IMG/VR virus record: IMGVR_UViG_3300021961_000042
Span: 1 to 64,000 of that record
Origin: a virus
Reading direction: 5' to 3' (one strand)
DNA: 64,000 nucleotides
Below are positions 29,154 through 38,055 of the stretch, in pieces. Made by a program: the position numbers and the translations under genes. The notes under the pieces were generated by a model, which was given only the letters and a program-made list of their open reading frames with translations, was not told the origin of the DNA and searched no databases. Position 1 is the first letter of the stretch, and every line of letters begins with the position of its first letter.

Positions 29154-30005
29154 ATGGCAAATTCAATTGACGCAGTACTAGCACAGTACGAAAAGAACTC
29201 ACAACCAAGTGGTTCACCGAGACAAAACATCTCACAAGAAGACAGAATGAAAAAGTATTTTTCAGCAATTCTTCAAAAAAATGAAAAATCTGCACAAAAA
29301 AGAATCAGAGTGTTACCTACTAAAGATGGTTCTTCACCATTTGTTGAAGTTTGGTATCACGAAATTCAAGTAAACGGGCAGTGGGTTAAGTTGTACGACC
29401 CTGATAAAAACGACAATGAAAGATCACCACTTACTGAAGTTTATAATGAACTTATATCAACAGGTAAAAAAGAAGATAAAGAACTTGCGTCACAATACAG
29501 AGCACGTTTATTTTATATTGTAAAAGTTATTGATAGAGATAACGAACAAGATGGTGTTAAGTTTTGGAGATTCAAACACAATTACAAACAAGAAGGTGTG
29601 TTAGATAAAATCCTACCTATTTGGAAGGCCAAGGGTGACGTTACTGATTCAGAAAAAGGTAGAGACCTTATTATTGAATTAACAAAGGCTAAGACACCAC
29701 AAGGAAAAGAATATACTGTTGTTCAAACAATAATGTATGATGATCCCGCTCCATTACATGCAGACAAAGAAATCATGGAAGGTTGGTTACAAGACGAATT
29801 AACTTGGAAAGATGTTTATTCTAAAAAACCTGTTGAGTATTTAGAAGCGGTGGCAGTAGGGGAGACACCAATTTGGAATTCTGAATTAAAGAAATATGTT
29901 TATGGTGAGGAAGCTGAGATTTCATTAGGTGGAGCACAAAAAGATGAAACACCTATTGTTGACCCACAAGCAAATGATGAACCATCTGAAGAATTACCTT
30001 TCTAA
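29154..30005 (+). CDS. Single-stranded DNA-binding protein (gp32-like)
   Basis: IRVLP..PFVEVWYH, VKVIDRD, GRDLII, acidic tail ending EELPF. Confidence 0.8.
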   Translation: MANSIDAVLAQYEKNSQPSGSPRQNISQEDRMKKYFSAILQKNEKSAQKRIRVLPTKDGSSPFVEVWYHEIQVNGQWVKLYDPDKNDNERSPLTEVYNELISTGKKEDKELASQYRARLFYIVKVIDRDNEQDGVKFWRFKHNYKQEGVLDKILPIWKAKGDVTDSEKGRDLIIELTKAKTPQGKEYTVVQTIMYDDPAPLHADKEIMEGWLQDELTWKDVYSKKPVEYLEAVAVGETPIWNSELKKYVYGEEAEISLGGAQKDETPIVDPQANDEPSEELPF

Positions 30006-30016
30006 AATAATTTAAT

Positions 30017-30313
30017 ATGAATAAGATCGCACAAAAAATGTATGAAGCTCTGACCTTGAAATATAGGTCAGAGATGGCAGAAGCCGAAGCAACACTTTTA
30101 GTTTACTTTAATAACTCTGTTGGTATTGGTGAACACCCACAACACTTAGAAGAAATGGATAAGTTTGTTGAGAAATTAACTAACGCTAAAGACAAGTTAG
30201 AAATGTTAGAAACCGTTTACAAATACAACATAAAAAGAGAAGATGGTTTTGAAGTGACCGAAGATATGTTAAAAATTATAAACGAACAAAAAGAAGAAGA
30301 AAATGGCAATTAA
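30017..30313 (+). CDS. Hypothetical phage protein (VGIGEH motif)
   Basis: Helical 98 aa ORF in the replication operon. Confidence 0.6.
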   Translation: MNKIAQKMYEALTLKYRSEMAEAEATLLVYFNNSVGIGEHPQHLEEMDKFVEKLTNAKDKLEMLETVYKYNIKREDGFEVTEDMLKIINEQKEEENGN

Positions 30314-31310
30314 AAAGAACGACTTTAGTTCATTAAAGAAAAAGTTTTCCACATCTGCAAAATATAAACCACAAAGGTTTTTTGATTTGGGTGAACCGTT
30401 CTTAGATGCCGTTGGTTTACCAGGTCCTGCGATGGGTCACATAAATATGTTTTTAGGTCATAGTGATACAGGTAAAACAACTGCTTTAGTTAAAACGGCG
30501 GTTGATGCCCAAAAGAAAGGAATACTACCTGTATTCATAATTACAGAACAAAAATGGTCTTTTGAACATGCTAAACTAATGGGTTTTGAATGTGAAGAAG
30601 TTGTTGATACTGAAACAGGCGAATTAGAGTGGGATGGTTTTTATATCTTTAATAATAACTTTGATTACATTGAACAGATTACAGATTACATTAATGATTT
30701 GTTAGATGCACAAGAAAAAGGGGATTTAGACTATTCACTATGTATCATGTGGGATTCAGTTGGGTCTGTTCCTTGTAAGATGACTTATGAAGGTAAAGGA
30801 GGTAAACAACACAATGCAAGTGTTTTGGCTGACAAGATTGGAATGGGAATCAATCAAAGAATATCAGGATCAAGAAAGGCGGATTCTAAATATGAAAACA
30901 CTTTAATTATTGTAAATCAACCTTGGGTTGAGTTACCTGATAACCCTTTTGGACAACCTAAAATTAAAGCAAAAGGTGGAGAAGCAATTTGGTTAAACTC
31001 ATCATTAGTATTTTTGTTTGGAAATCAAAAAGGTGCTGGAACAACTAAGATCACCGCAACAAAAGACAAAAGAACCGTTAAGTTTGCTTCAAGAACAAAA
31101 GTGTCTGTTATGAAAAATCACATTAATGGACTTGGGTTTGAAGATGGAAAAATTATTGTGACACCACATGGATTTTTACCCGGTAAAGAAGCATCCGAAG
31201 AAAAGGCATCTATTGAACAATACAAAAAAGATTATGCTGAGTATTGGAAAGAAATTATCGGAGTTGATGGTGACTTTGATTTGAAAGCAGAAAAAGAAGA
31301 AGTAGAATAG
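30303..31310 (+). CDS. uvsX: RecA/UvsX-like recombinase
   Basis: Walker A GHSDTGKT, WDSVG, IIVNQ, KAKGGEAI, KNHI. Confidence 0.88.
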   Translation: MAIKKNDFSSLKKKFSTSAKYKPQRFFDLGEPFLDAVGLPGPAMGHINMFLGHSDTGKTTALVKTAVDAQKKGILPVFIITEQKWSFEHAKLMGFECEEVVDTETGELEWDGFYIFNNNFDYIEQITDYINDLLDAQEKGDLDYSLCIMWDSVGSVPCKMTYEGKGGKQHNASVLADKIGMGINQRISGSRKADSKYENTLIIVNQPWVELPDNPFGQPKIKAKGGEAIWLNSSLVFLFGNQKGAGTTKITATKDKRTVKFASRTKVSVMKNHINGLGFEDGKIIVTPHGFLPGKEASEEKASIEQYKKDYAEYWKEIIGVDGDFDLKAEKEEVE

Positions 31311-31334
31311 TAAGAACCCTGTAAGTTTACAGAA

Positions 31335-32342
31335 ATGACAAAAACCCTATTAGTTGACGGGAATAATTTATTAAAAATTGGATTTCACGGAGTTAAAGAT
31401 TACTTTAACGGAACTGAACACGTAGGAGGTATTTGGCATTTCCTTAACACATTACGAAGGTTTATAGACGAAGAAAACTTCAACAAGGTGGTTGTATTTT
31501 GGGACGGAGAACTGTCAACATCCCAACGAAGGTTAATCTACCCAAAATACAAGCTTAACCGAAAAGGAACAGTCGAGGACTTCAAAGAAGAATCATTTAG
31601 CAAACAAAAACAAAGAGTGAAACAATACTTGGAAGAAATGTTTGTTAGACAAGTTGAATTTGAAAACTCTGAAGCCGACGACCTCATCGCCTATTACTGT
31701 AAAATATCTAAAGACGAATCTAAAACCATATTTAGTGGTGATAGAGACCTCACACAACTTATCTCGGAAGATGTTACTCTATATTCCCCTAATACAAAAA
31801 AGTATTATAAAAACGGAGATAAAATCAAACTACATGAAATAGAGATTCCCCACTACAATGTTAAAACATTTAAGATAATATCTGGTGACAAATCAGATAA
31901 TATAGATGGTATCTATTATCTAGGTGAAAAAACATTAATCAAACTATTTCCTGAGATACTTGATAAAGAGATTAGTTTTTCCGATATTTTACAAAAAGGT
32001 GAAGAACTCCTAAAAGAACAAAAAGATAATACCGCTTTAAAAAATTTACTGACGGGTAAAACAAAAGAAGGTATTTTTGGTGACGAGTTTTTTGAAATCA
32101 ATAAAAAGATTGTGGATTTATCGGAACCACTAATTAGTGAAGAAGGAAAAGAATTAGTACACTCTTATTACTCTGAGTCATTGGATCCTGACGGAAGAGG
32201 ATATAAAAATCTAATTCGAATGATGATGGAGGACGGATTATTTAAATACCTACCAAAAGGGGATGAACAGTGGGTATATTTTTTAAAACCATTTTTAAAG
32301 TTAACAAGAAAAGAAAAAACAAAGTTTAAAACAAAAAAGTAA
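31335..32342 (+). CDS. 5'-3' exonuclease / flap endonuclease (T4 RNase H, PolI N-terminal-like)
   Basis: LLVDGNN, VFWDG, YPKYKLNR, EADDLIA, SGDRDLTQL, GDKSDNIDGI. Confidence 0.92.
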   Translation: MTKTLLVDGNNLLKIGFHGVKDYFNGTEHVGGIWHFLNTLRRFIDEENFNKVVVFWDGELSTSQRRLIYPKYKLNRKGTVEDFKEESFSKQKQRVKQYLEEMFVRQVEFENSEADDLIAYYCKISKDESKTIFSGDRDLTQLISEDVTLYSPNTKKYYKNGDKIKLHEIEIPHYNVKTFKIISGDKSDNIDGIYYLGEKTLIKLFPEILDKEISFSDILQKGEELLKEQKDNTALKNLLTGKTKEGIFGDEFFEINKKIVDLSEPLISEEGKELVHSYYSESLDPDGRGYKNLIRMMMEDGLFKYLPKGDEQWVYFLKPFLKLTRKEKTKFKTKK

Positions 32343-32346
32343 AATT

Positions 32347-32799
32347 ATGAAAGAGCAGAATGATGTAACAAAGGTTGAGTTTCTAATTACACTTAACAAC
32401 AATTTTGTGGTACAAAGATTCTTTAATGTAAAAGGATATCATGAAAAGGCTGAAAGTTCAGTTGAATTGTATGAGTACATTAAGTATCTATCTGAGTCAC
32501 TTCAAACAAAATTGAGAAACAAGTGTATGGTATATATGTTAGACAACAGATACCAAATTGAAGAAGACCCAAGCGTTTTAGAAACATCAAACACAGATGG
32601 ACCTGAGATATTTAACATAATCTTAAAGGTCGGAAATAAGACAATTTGTCATAGAGTAATTGACGCGAAACTATACCCACCAAAGGTAAGATATACCCTT
32701 GACATACGACCAGACATAAAAAACATTTTAAGAGAATTAACTGACATTTTATCAGATAAAAATTTATCTTATCAGTACCTTAATTATTCGTTCGCTTAA
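32347..32799 (+). CDS. Hypothetical protein in replication operon
   Basis: 150 aa ORF between nuclease and helicase; YPPKVRYTLDIRP motif. Confidence 0.55.
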   Translation: MKEQNDVTKVEFLITLNNNFVVQRFFNVKGYHEKAESSVELYEYIKYLSESLQTKLRNKCMVYMLDNRYQIEEDPSVLETSNTDGPEIFNIILKVGNKTICHRVIDAKLYPPKVRYTLDIRPDIKNILRELTDILSDKNLSYQYLNYSFA

Positions 32800-32837
32800 C
32801 TATATTTATCTAAAACAAGGAACAAAATCTATATAAT

Positions 32838-34220
32838 ATGTCAGACAAAAAAAACTTCGGATACTTAGGAAATACTTTTCAAATTCAGTTATTAAATAAC
32901 ATTATCACTTACAAAGATTTCTCTAATTCCATAATAGAAGTTATTGATCCTCATTATTTTGATAACCAATATTTCAAGATTATTTGTCAAATGATTAAGG
33001 AATATTATTCAAATTATGAGCATACACCGACATTTAATACCCTTGAACAATTAACTAAGTCAGAAATCAGTTCACCGATGGCTCAAAAGAGCGTTTTAGA
33101 TACGTTAGAACAGGTTAAGAACGTTTCAGATGAAGGTTCAATATATGTTCAAGAAAAGTCCCTTAAATTCTGTAAACAACAAGAGCTCCAAAAAGTAATG
33201 ACCAAGGCTCAATCAATCATCGATAAAGGTGATTTCGAGAGTTATGATAAGTTAGAAGAAATGGTAAGGGGAGCACTTCAAGTTGGTGAAGTTGATAAGG
33301 GAACTACTGATGTATTTTTTAACCTTGATGAGGTATTGGATGACGACTATAGACACCCAATTCCAATTGGAGTACCTGGCATAGATAACCTATTAAAAGG
33401 TGGTCTTGCTAAAGGTGAAATTGGTGTAATTTTAGCACCTACTGGTGTTGGTAAATCCACATTTACAACTAAAATTGCTAACCACGCATTTAACTTAGGG
33501 TATAATGTTCTTCAGATATTTTTTGAAGACAACCCAAAAATTATCCAAAGAAAACACTTTACACTTTGGACAGGAATACACCCTGACGACCTTTCTGAAA
33601 ATAGAAAAGAAGTAATGGAAAGAGTACAAGAAATTCAATCATCTAGAAAAAACAAATTGATATTGAAAAAATTACCTTCCGATACTGTATCTATGAATCA
33701 AATCAAAAATCAAGTAAGAAAAATGATGGCTGAAGGTACAAAAGTAGATATGATTATTTTAGATTATATTGACTGTGTAGTTCCTGACAAAGTATTAGGT
33801 GATGAATGGAAAAGTGAAGGATCGGTAATGCGAGGATTTGAGGCAATGTGTCACGAGTTGGATATCGCAGGATGGACAGCAACACAAGGTAACAGAAATT
33901 CAATATCATCAGAGGTTGTTACAACAGATCAAATGGGTGGATCTATTAAAAAAGCACAAGTTGGTCACGTTATTATTACAGTTGCAAAATCATTACAACA
34001 AAAAGAAATGAACTTGGCAACAATAGCAATCACTAAATCAAGGATCGGTAAAGATGGAATTATATTTGAGAACTGTAAGTTTGACAATGGTATGTTAGAA
34101 ATAGATACAGAACAAAGTGTAACATTCCTTGGCCACGAGGAACAAAAAGAAGAAAAGAATAGGAACAGAATTAAGGAACTGTTAGAAAGAAAAAAACAAA
34201 AAGAACAACAAGAATCTTAA
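32838..34220 (+). CDS. Replicative DNA helicase (DnaB/gp41-like)
   Basis: GGLAKGE, APTGVGKS, IILDYID, WTATQGNR, KSRIGKDG. Confidence 0.92.
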   Translation: MSDKKNFGYLGNTFQIQLLNNIITYKDFSNSIIEVIDPHYFDNQYFKIICQMIKEYYSNYEHTPTFNTLEQLTKSEISSPMAQKSVLDTLEQVKNVSDEGSIYVQEKSLKFCKQQELQKVMTKAQSIIDKGDFESYDKLEEMVRGALQVGEVDKGTTDVFFNLDEVLDDDYRHPIPIGVPGIDNLLKGGLAKGEIGVILAPTGVGKSTFTTKIANHAFNLGYNVLQIFFEDNPKIIQRKHFTLWTGIHPDDLSENRKEVMERVQEIQSSRKNKLILKKLPSDTVSMNQIKNQVRKMMAEGTKVDMIILDYIDCVVPDKVLGDEWKSEGSVMRGFEAMCHELDIAGWTATQGNRNSISSEVVTTDQMGGSIKKAQVGHVIITVAKSLQQKEMNLATIAITKSRIGKDGIIFENCKFDNGMLEIDTEQSVTFLGHEEQKEEKNRNRIKELLERKKQKEQQES

Positions 34221-34244
34221 AATAAATTATTAAATTTGTAAAAA

Positions 34245-36104
34245 ATGGATATTTCGCAAAAAATATTAAGTGACATTACTGTCTTTATGAAATACGCTAA
34301 GTTTCAACCTGAATTAAACAGGAGAGAGACTTGGGAAGAGTTGGTTACTCGTAACAAAGAAATGCACCAAAGAAAGTACCCTCACATCAAAGATGAGATA
34401 GAAGAGGTATATAAAATGGTGTACGACAAGAAAGTTTTACCATCTATGAGATCATTACAATTTGGTGGAAAACCAATTGAAATCTCACCAAACAGAGTCT
34501 ACAATTGTGCATACATGCCAATTGATCACGTAGATGCATTTTCTGAAACAATGTTTTTACTTTTAGGTGGAACAGGAGTTGGATACTCAGTTCAAAAACA
34601 CCACGTTGAAAAACTACCAGAAATAAAAAAACCAAATGCCGAAAGAACAAGACGCTACCTTATTGGTGACTCTATTGAAGGATGGGCAGATGCCATTAAA
34701 GTATTAATGGAATCATATTTAGGTTACAAATCATCAACACCTGTATTTGATTTTTCAGATATTAGACAAAAAGGTGCAATGCTTGTGACATCAGGAGGTA
34801 AGGCTCCTGGACCTCAACCACTAAAAGATTGTATCCACCACATTACAAAAGTTTTGGATAACAAAAAAGATGGTGAAAGACTATCACCTATTGAAACTCA
34901 TGATATTGTTTGTCACATTGCAGATGCCGTTTTAGCTGGTGGTATCAGAAGGGCGGCACTTATCTCTTTATTTAGTGCTGATGATGAAGAAATGATTTCT
35001 TGTAAGTCAGGAAGTTGGTGGGAACAAAACGCACAAAGAGGTAGAGCAAATAACTCAGCAGTACTTCTTCGTCACAAAATCACAAAAGAATTCTTTATGG
35101 ATTTGTGGAAACGTATTGAATTATCAGGGGCAGGTGAACCAGGAATTTATCTATCAAACGACAAAGATTGGGGAACAAATCCATGTTGTGAAATCGCACT
35201 ACGACCCTTCCAATTCTGTAACTTATGTGAGGTAAATGCTTCTGACATAGAATCACAAGAAGACTTTGATAAAAGAGTTAGAGCTGCAGCTTTTATTGGA
35301 ACATTACAAGCAGGTTACACTGACTTCCATTATCTAAGAGATATTTGGAAAAGAACGACTGAAAAAGATGCTCTTATTGGTGTTGGTATGACAGGTATCG
35401 GTTCAGGTGTTGTTTTAGGTTATGATATGAAAAAAGCAGCTAAAGCAGTTAAAGAAGAAAACGAAAGAGTAGCTGCGTTGATTAAAATTAACAAATCTGC
35501 AAGAACTACTACGGTTAAACCATCAGGAACATCATCTTTAGTGTTAGGAACATCATCAGGAATTCACGCTTGGCATAATGACTACTATTTAAGAAGAATC
35601 CGTGTTGGGAAAAATGAATCAATATATTCTTACTTAGCAATTAATCACCCTGAGTTGATTGAAGATGAATATTTTAGACCACACGATACTGCGGTAATTA
35701 CTATTCCACAAAGAGCACCTGAAGGTTCTATTGTTAGACATGAATCGGTATTTCAGATGTTAGAAAGAGTTAAAAAAGTTTCACAAGAATGGATTAAACC
35801 TGGACATAGAAACGGACAAAATACTCACAACGTATCTGCTACAGTTTCAATTAAAGAAGATGAGTGGGAATTAGTTGGTGATTGGATGTGGAATAATAGA
35901 GATTTCTATAACGGACTTTCTGTTTTACCATACAACGGAGGAACATATACTCAAGCACCTTTTGAAGATTGTACAAAAGAAGATTTTGAAAGATTAGTTA
36001 AATCATTAACAGATGTTGATCTTACAAAAGTAATTGAGTTACAAGATAACACCGACCTTAGAGGTGAAGCCGCTTGTGCAGGTGGGGCTTGTGAAATCGT
36101 GTAA
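34245..36104 (+). CDS. nrdJ: Class II adenosylcobalamin-dependent ribonucleotide reductase (monomeric RTPR type)
   Basis: LPSMRSL, NCAY, GGTGVGYSV, AGGIRRAA, TNPCCEI, CNLCE, TVKPSGT, C-terminal CAGGACE redox pair. Confidence 0.92.
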   Translation: MDISQKILSDITVFMKYAKFQPELNRRETWEELVTRNKEMHQRKYPHIKDEIEEVYKMVYDKKVLPSMRSLQFGGKPIEISPNRVYNCAYMPIDHVDAFSETMFLLLGGTGVGYSVQKHHVEKLPEIKKPNAERTRRYLIGDSIEGWADAIKVLMESYLGYKSSTPVFDFSDIRQKGAMLVTSGGKAPGPQPLKDCIHHITKVLDNKKDGERLSPIETHDIVCHIADAVLAGGIRRAALISLFSADDEEMISCKSGSWWEQNAQRGRANNSAVLLRHKITKEFFMDLWKRIELSGAGEPGIYLSNDKDWGTNPCCEIALRPFQFCNLCEVNASDIESQEDFDKRVRAAAFIGTLQAGYTDFHYLRDIWKRTTEKDALIGVGMTGIGSGVVLGYDMKKAAKAVKEENERVAALIKINKSARTTTVKPSGTSSLVLGTSSGIHAWHNDYYLRRIRVGKNESIYSYLAINHPELIEDEYFRPHDTAVITIPQRAPEGSIVRHESVFQMLERVKKVSQEWIKPGHRNGQNTHNVSATVSIKEDEWELVGDWMWNNRDFYNGLSVLPYNGGTYTQAPFEDCTKEDFERLVKSLTDVDLTKVIELQDNTDLRGEAACAGGACEIV

Positions 36105-36132
36105 TCATGAAAGTACAATGGGGTAATAATAT

Positions 36133-36162
36133 AACGCTAACATACCAAGTTTTGTTAGCGTT
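36133..36162 (+). other. Stem-loop between nrdJ and the Cys-rich gene, inside a possible 26 aa ORF (36107-36187)
   Basis: AACGCTAACA-10 nt-TGTTAGCGTT perfect 10-bp stem. Confidence 0.5.
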
Positions 36163-36188
36163 TTATAATCTTAGAAAGAATAATTAAA

Positions 36189-36419
36189 ATGAATGTCGGA
36201 GCATCAAAAGATTGGGTACAACAATTATATGTAAGAGAGTTTGGACCAAAATTACAACCAACAGATTTTTATTGGAGTGATGGTAAAATGGTCATGACAG
36301 AAGAATACCACAAAAGAAGAGGTAGGTGTTGCGGTAATGGTTGTTTACATTGTCCATACGAACCAAGACACGAAAGAGGAAATACAAATCTACAAGAAAA
36401 ATCACTGAGTAATCGGTGA
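36189..36419 (+). CDS. Small Cys-rich protein (DUF5522-like)
   Basis: DFYW..GKMVMTEEYHKRRGRCCGNGCLHCPY. Confidence 0.75.
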   Translation: MNVGASKDWVQQLYVREFGPKLQPTDFYWSDGKMVMTEEYHKRRGRCCGNGCLHCPYEPRHERGNTNLQEKSLSNR

Positions 36420-36424
36420 TTTTT
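36397..36424 (+). terminator. Terminator closing the replication operon
   Basis: AAAAATCACTGA-GTAA-TCGGTGATTTTT, GNRA loop. Confidence 0.7.
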
Positions 36425-36459
36425 ATATATATATAAATATATATATATTTATTGTATGT

Positions 36460-37542
36460 ATGAAAAAATTATTTATAAGTGAAAATGAAAAAAAAAATAT
36501 ACTTGAAATGTATGTTAAATTTAACAAACAAAAGGTATTATTAGAAGGGTTAGATTTTTCTAAACCATTAATAACTCTAAATAAAACAAATTCTAAAGAT
36601 AACCCTAACGAGTATATAGTTAACGGTTTCATAAGTTTTGATGTTACAAAAAGTGAAATCACTATTAATAAAGCTATACAAAAAATTAAAGAGGATTTAG
36701 ACAAGCAGGAGTTAGAAATAACTAACTTGTTAAATGTTACAGTTTATGGAGGTGCTAGTAATTATGTTGACGGACCGATGAATGCCGATTATAAAAATAC
36801 AGATGCGAATGATCCTTTCAAAATAGAAAAAGTTACAAATAAATACGAAGGGCTATCAGGTGAAAAAAACAAAGAAAAAAATTTAGAGTATGCAAAAAAT
36901 AGGGCAAATTCTTTAAAAGATGTTTTAATTAAAGAATTTCCATCTAGTAATGTTATAGTACAAACGTATTCTAGAATCATGGATACGGGTGGTAAAATAG
37001 ACGAAAAAAGAGATACTAAATTATACCCAATACCTGGACAACAAGCAACATTCAAAATAAAATTCAATACTAAAAAAAAAGAAAAACAAATCCCCCCTTT
37101 TGATGCTAATGAAAAATTTAAACAAACAGAATCAAATAGAACTAGTATGGATTCATCATACTATGGATCTAAAACTGTAAAAATAAATAATACTAATATA
37201 TTAATGTGTAAAATTTTGACAAATAATGACACATTAGGATTAAAAACAGATTTATCTGACATTGGGTTAAACCCATTCCAAGCTGAAATTAAATTTGATA
37301 AAACAATAAACAAATATAGGATAACTAATAAATCAGGAAAACAATTTACTAAAATGCAATGGGTTTGGATTTATTGGTATTTAATTAATGAAGAAAACGC
37401 TAATATGAATTGTAAGGCTTTAGATTATGTTGTTTTACCTTCATGGATCAAAACAATTAGTTTGGATAAGGTTACATTTGGTGCTATGAGTAAAGAATAT
37501 GAGTTTGTTCACGATAAAACAAAACACAATTTAGTAAAATAG
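36460..37542 (+). CDS. Hypothetical protein with MKKLFISENEKKNILEM leader and degenerate OmpA-like segment
   Basis: VYGGASN...KNLEYAKNRANSLKDVL. Confidence 0.5.
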   Translation: MKKLFISENEKKNILEMYVKFNKQKVLLEGLDFSKPLITLNKTNSKDNPNEYIVNGFISFDVTKSEITINKAIQKIKEDLDKQELEITNLLNVTVYGGASNYVDGPMNADYKNTDANDPFKIEKVTNKYEGLSGEKNKEKNLEYAKNRANSLKDVLIKEFPSSNVIVQTYSRIMDTGGKIDEKRDTKLYPIPGQQATFKIKFNTKKKEKQIPPFDANEKFKQTESNRTSMDSSYYGSKTVKINNTNILMCKILTNNDTLGLKTDLSDIGLNPFQAEIKFDKTINKYRITNKSGKQFTKMQWVWIYWYLINEENANMNCKALDYVVLPSWIKTISLDKVTFGAMSKEYEFVHDKTKHNLVK

Positions 37543-37587
37543 TTTTTACCATATAATGCAAATTATGTTTTGTTATATTTATTATAT

Positions 37588-38049
37588 ATGGCAAATGGTA
37601 TAACATACGGTATAAATTTTCCTTTTAGACAAAGTATAACAGGAAAATATCTTTCATTATCAGAACAAACGGATGAGGAAATAAGAAGTAATTTGATTCA
37701 TTTATTATTAACAAGAAAAGGTTATAGGTATTACCTACCTGATTTTGGTACTAGACTCTATGAATATATTTTTGAACCACTTGACGGGGAAACATTTGAA
37801 GCAATTAAAAATGAAATACAACAAAGTGTTTCTGAATACATTCCAAATTTAACTATACAAAATATATCAATAGAACCGTATATTAAAGATGAAAATAGTA
37901 TCGAAAGAATTGAATCACAAGAATTTAACGACGAGATTTATAGATTACCTGGTGCTAATACCGAAGAATACACGGCAAAAGTTAAAATAGAGTATACAAA
38001 TGAAAGTAACCCATTTGGTTCTAGAGAATTTGTAATAATTAATATTTAA
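37588..38049 (+). CDS. Baseplate wedge protein (gp25-like)
   Basis: GINFPF, IRSNLIHLLLTRKG.RYYLPDFGTRLYEYIFEP; ATG at 37588. Confidence 0.9.
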   Translation: MANGITYGINFPFRQSITGKYLSLSEQTDEEIRSNLIHLLLTRKGYRYYLPDFGTRLYEYIFEPLDGETFEAIKNEIQQSVSEYIPNLTIQNISIEPYIKDENSIERIESQEFNDEIYRLPGANTEEYTAKVKIEYTNESNPFGSREFVIINI

Positions 38050-38055
38050 TGTTAT

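Noticed and set aside
1-36104. Inteins or introns in polymerase, helicases, RecA or NrdJ
   Set aside because: Normal lengths and contiguous motifs; no splice-junction or homing endonuclease signatures seen
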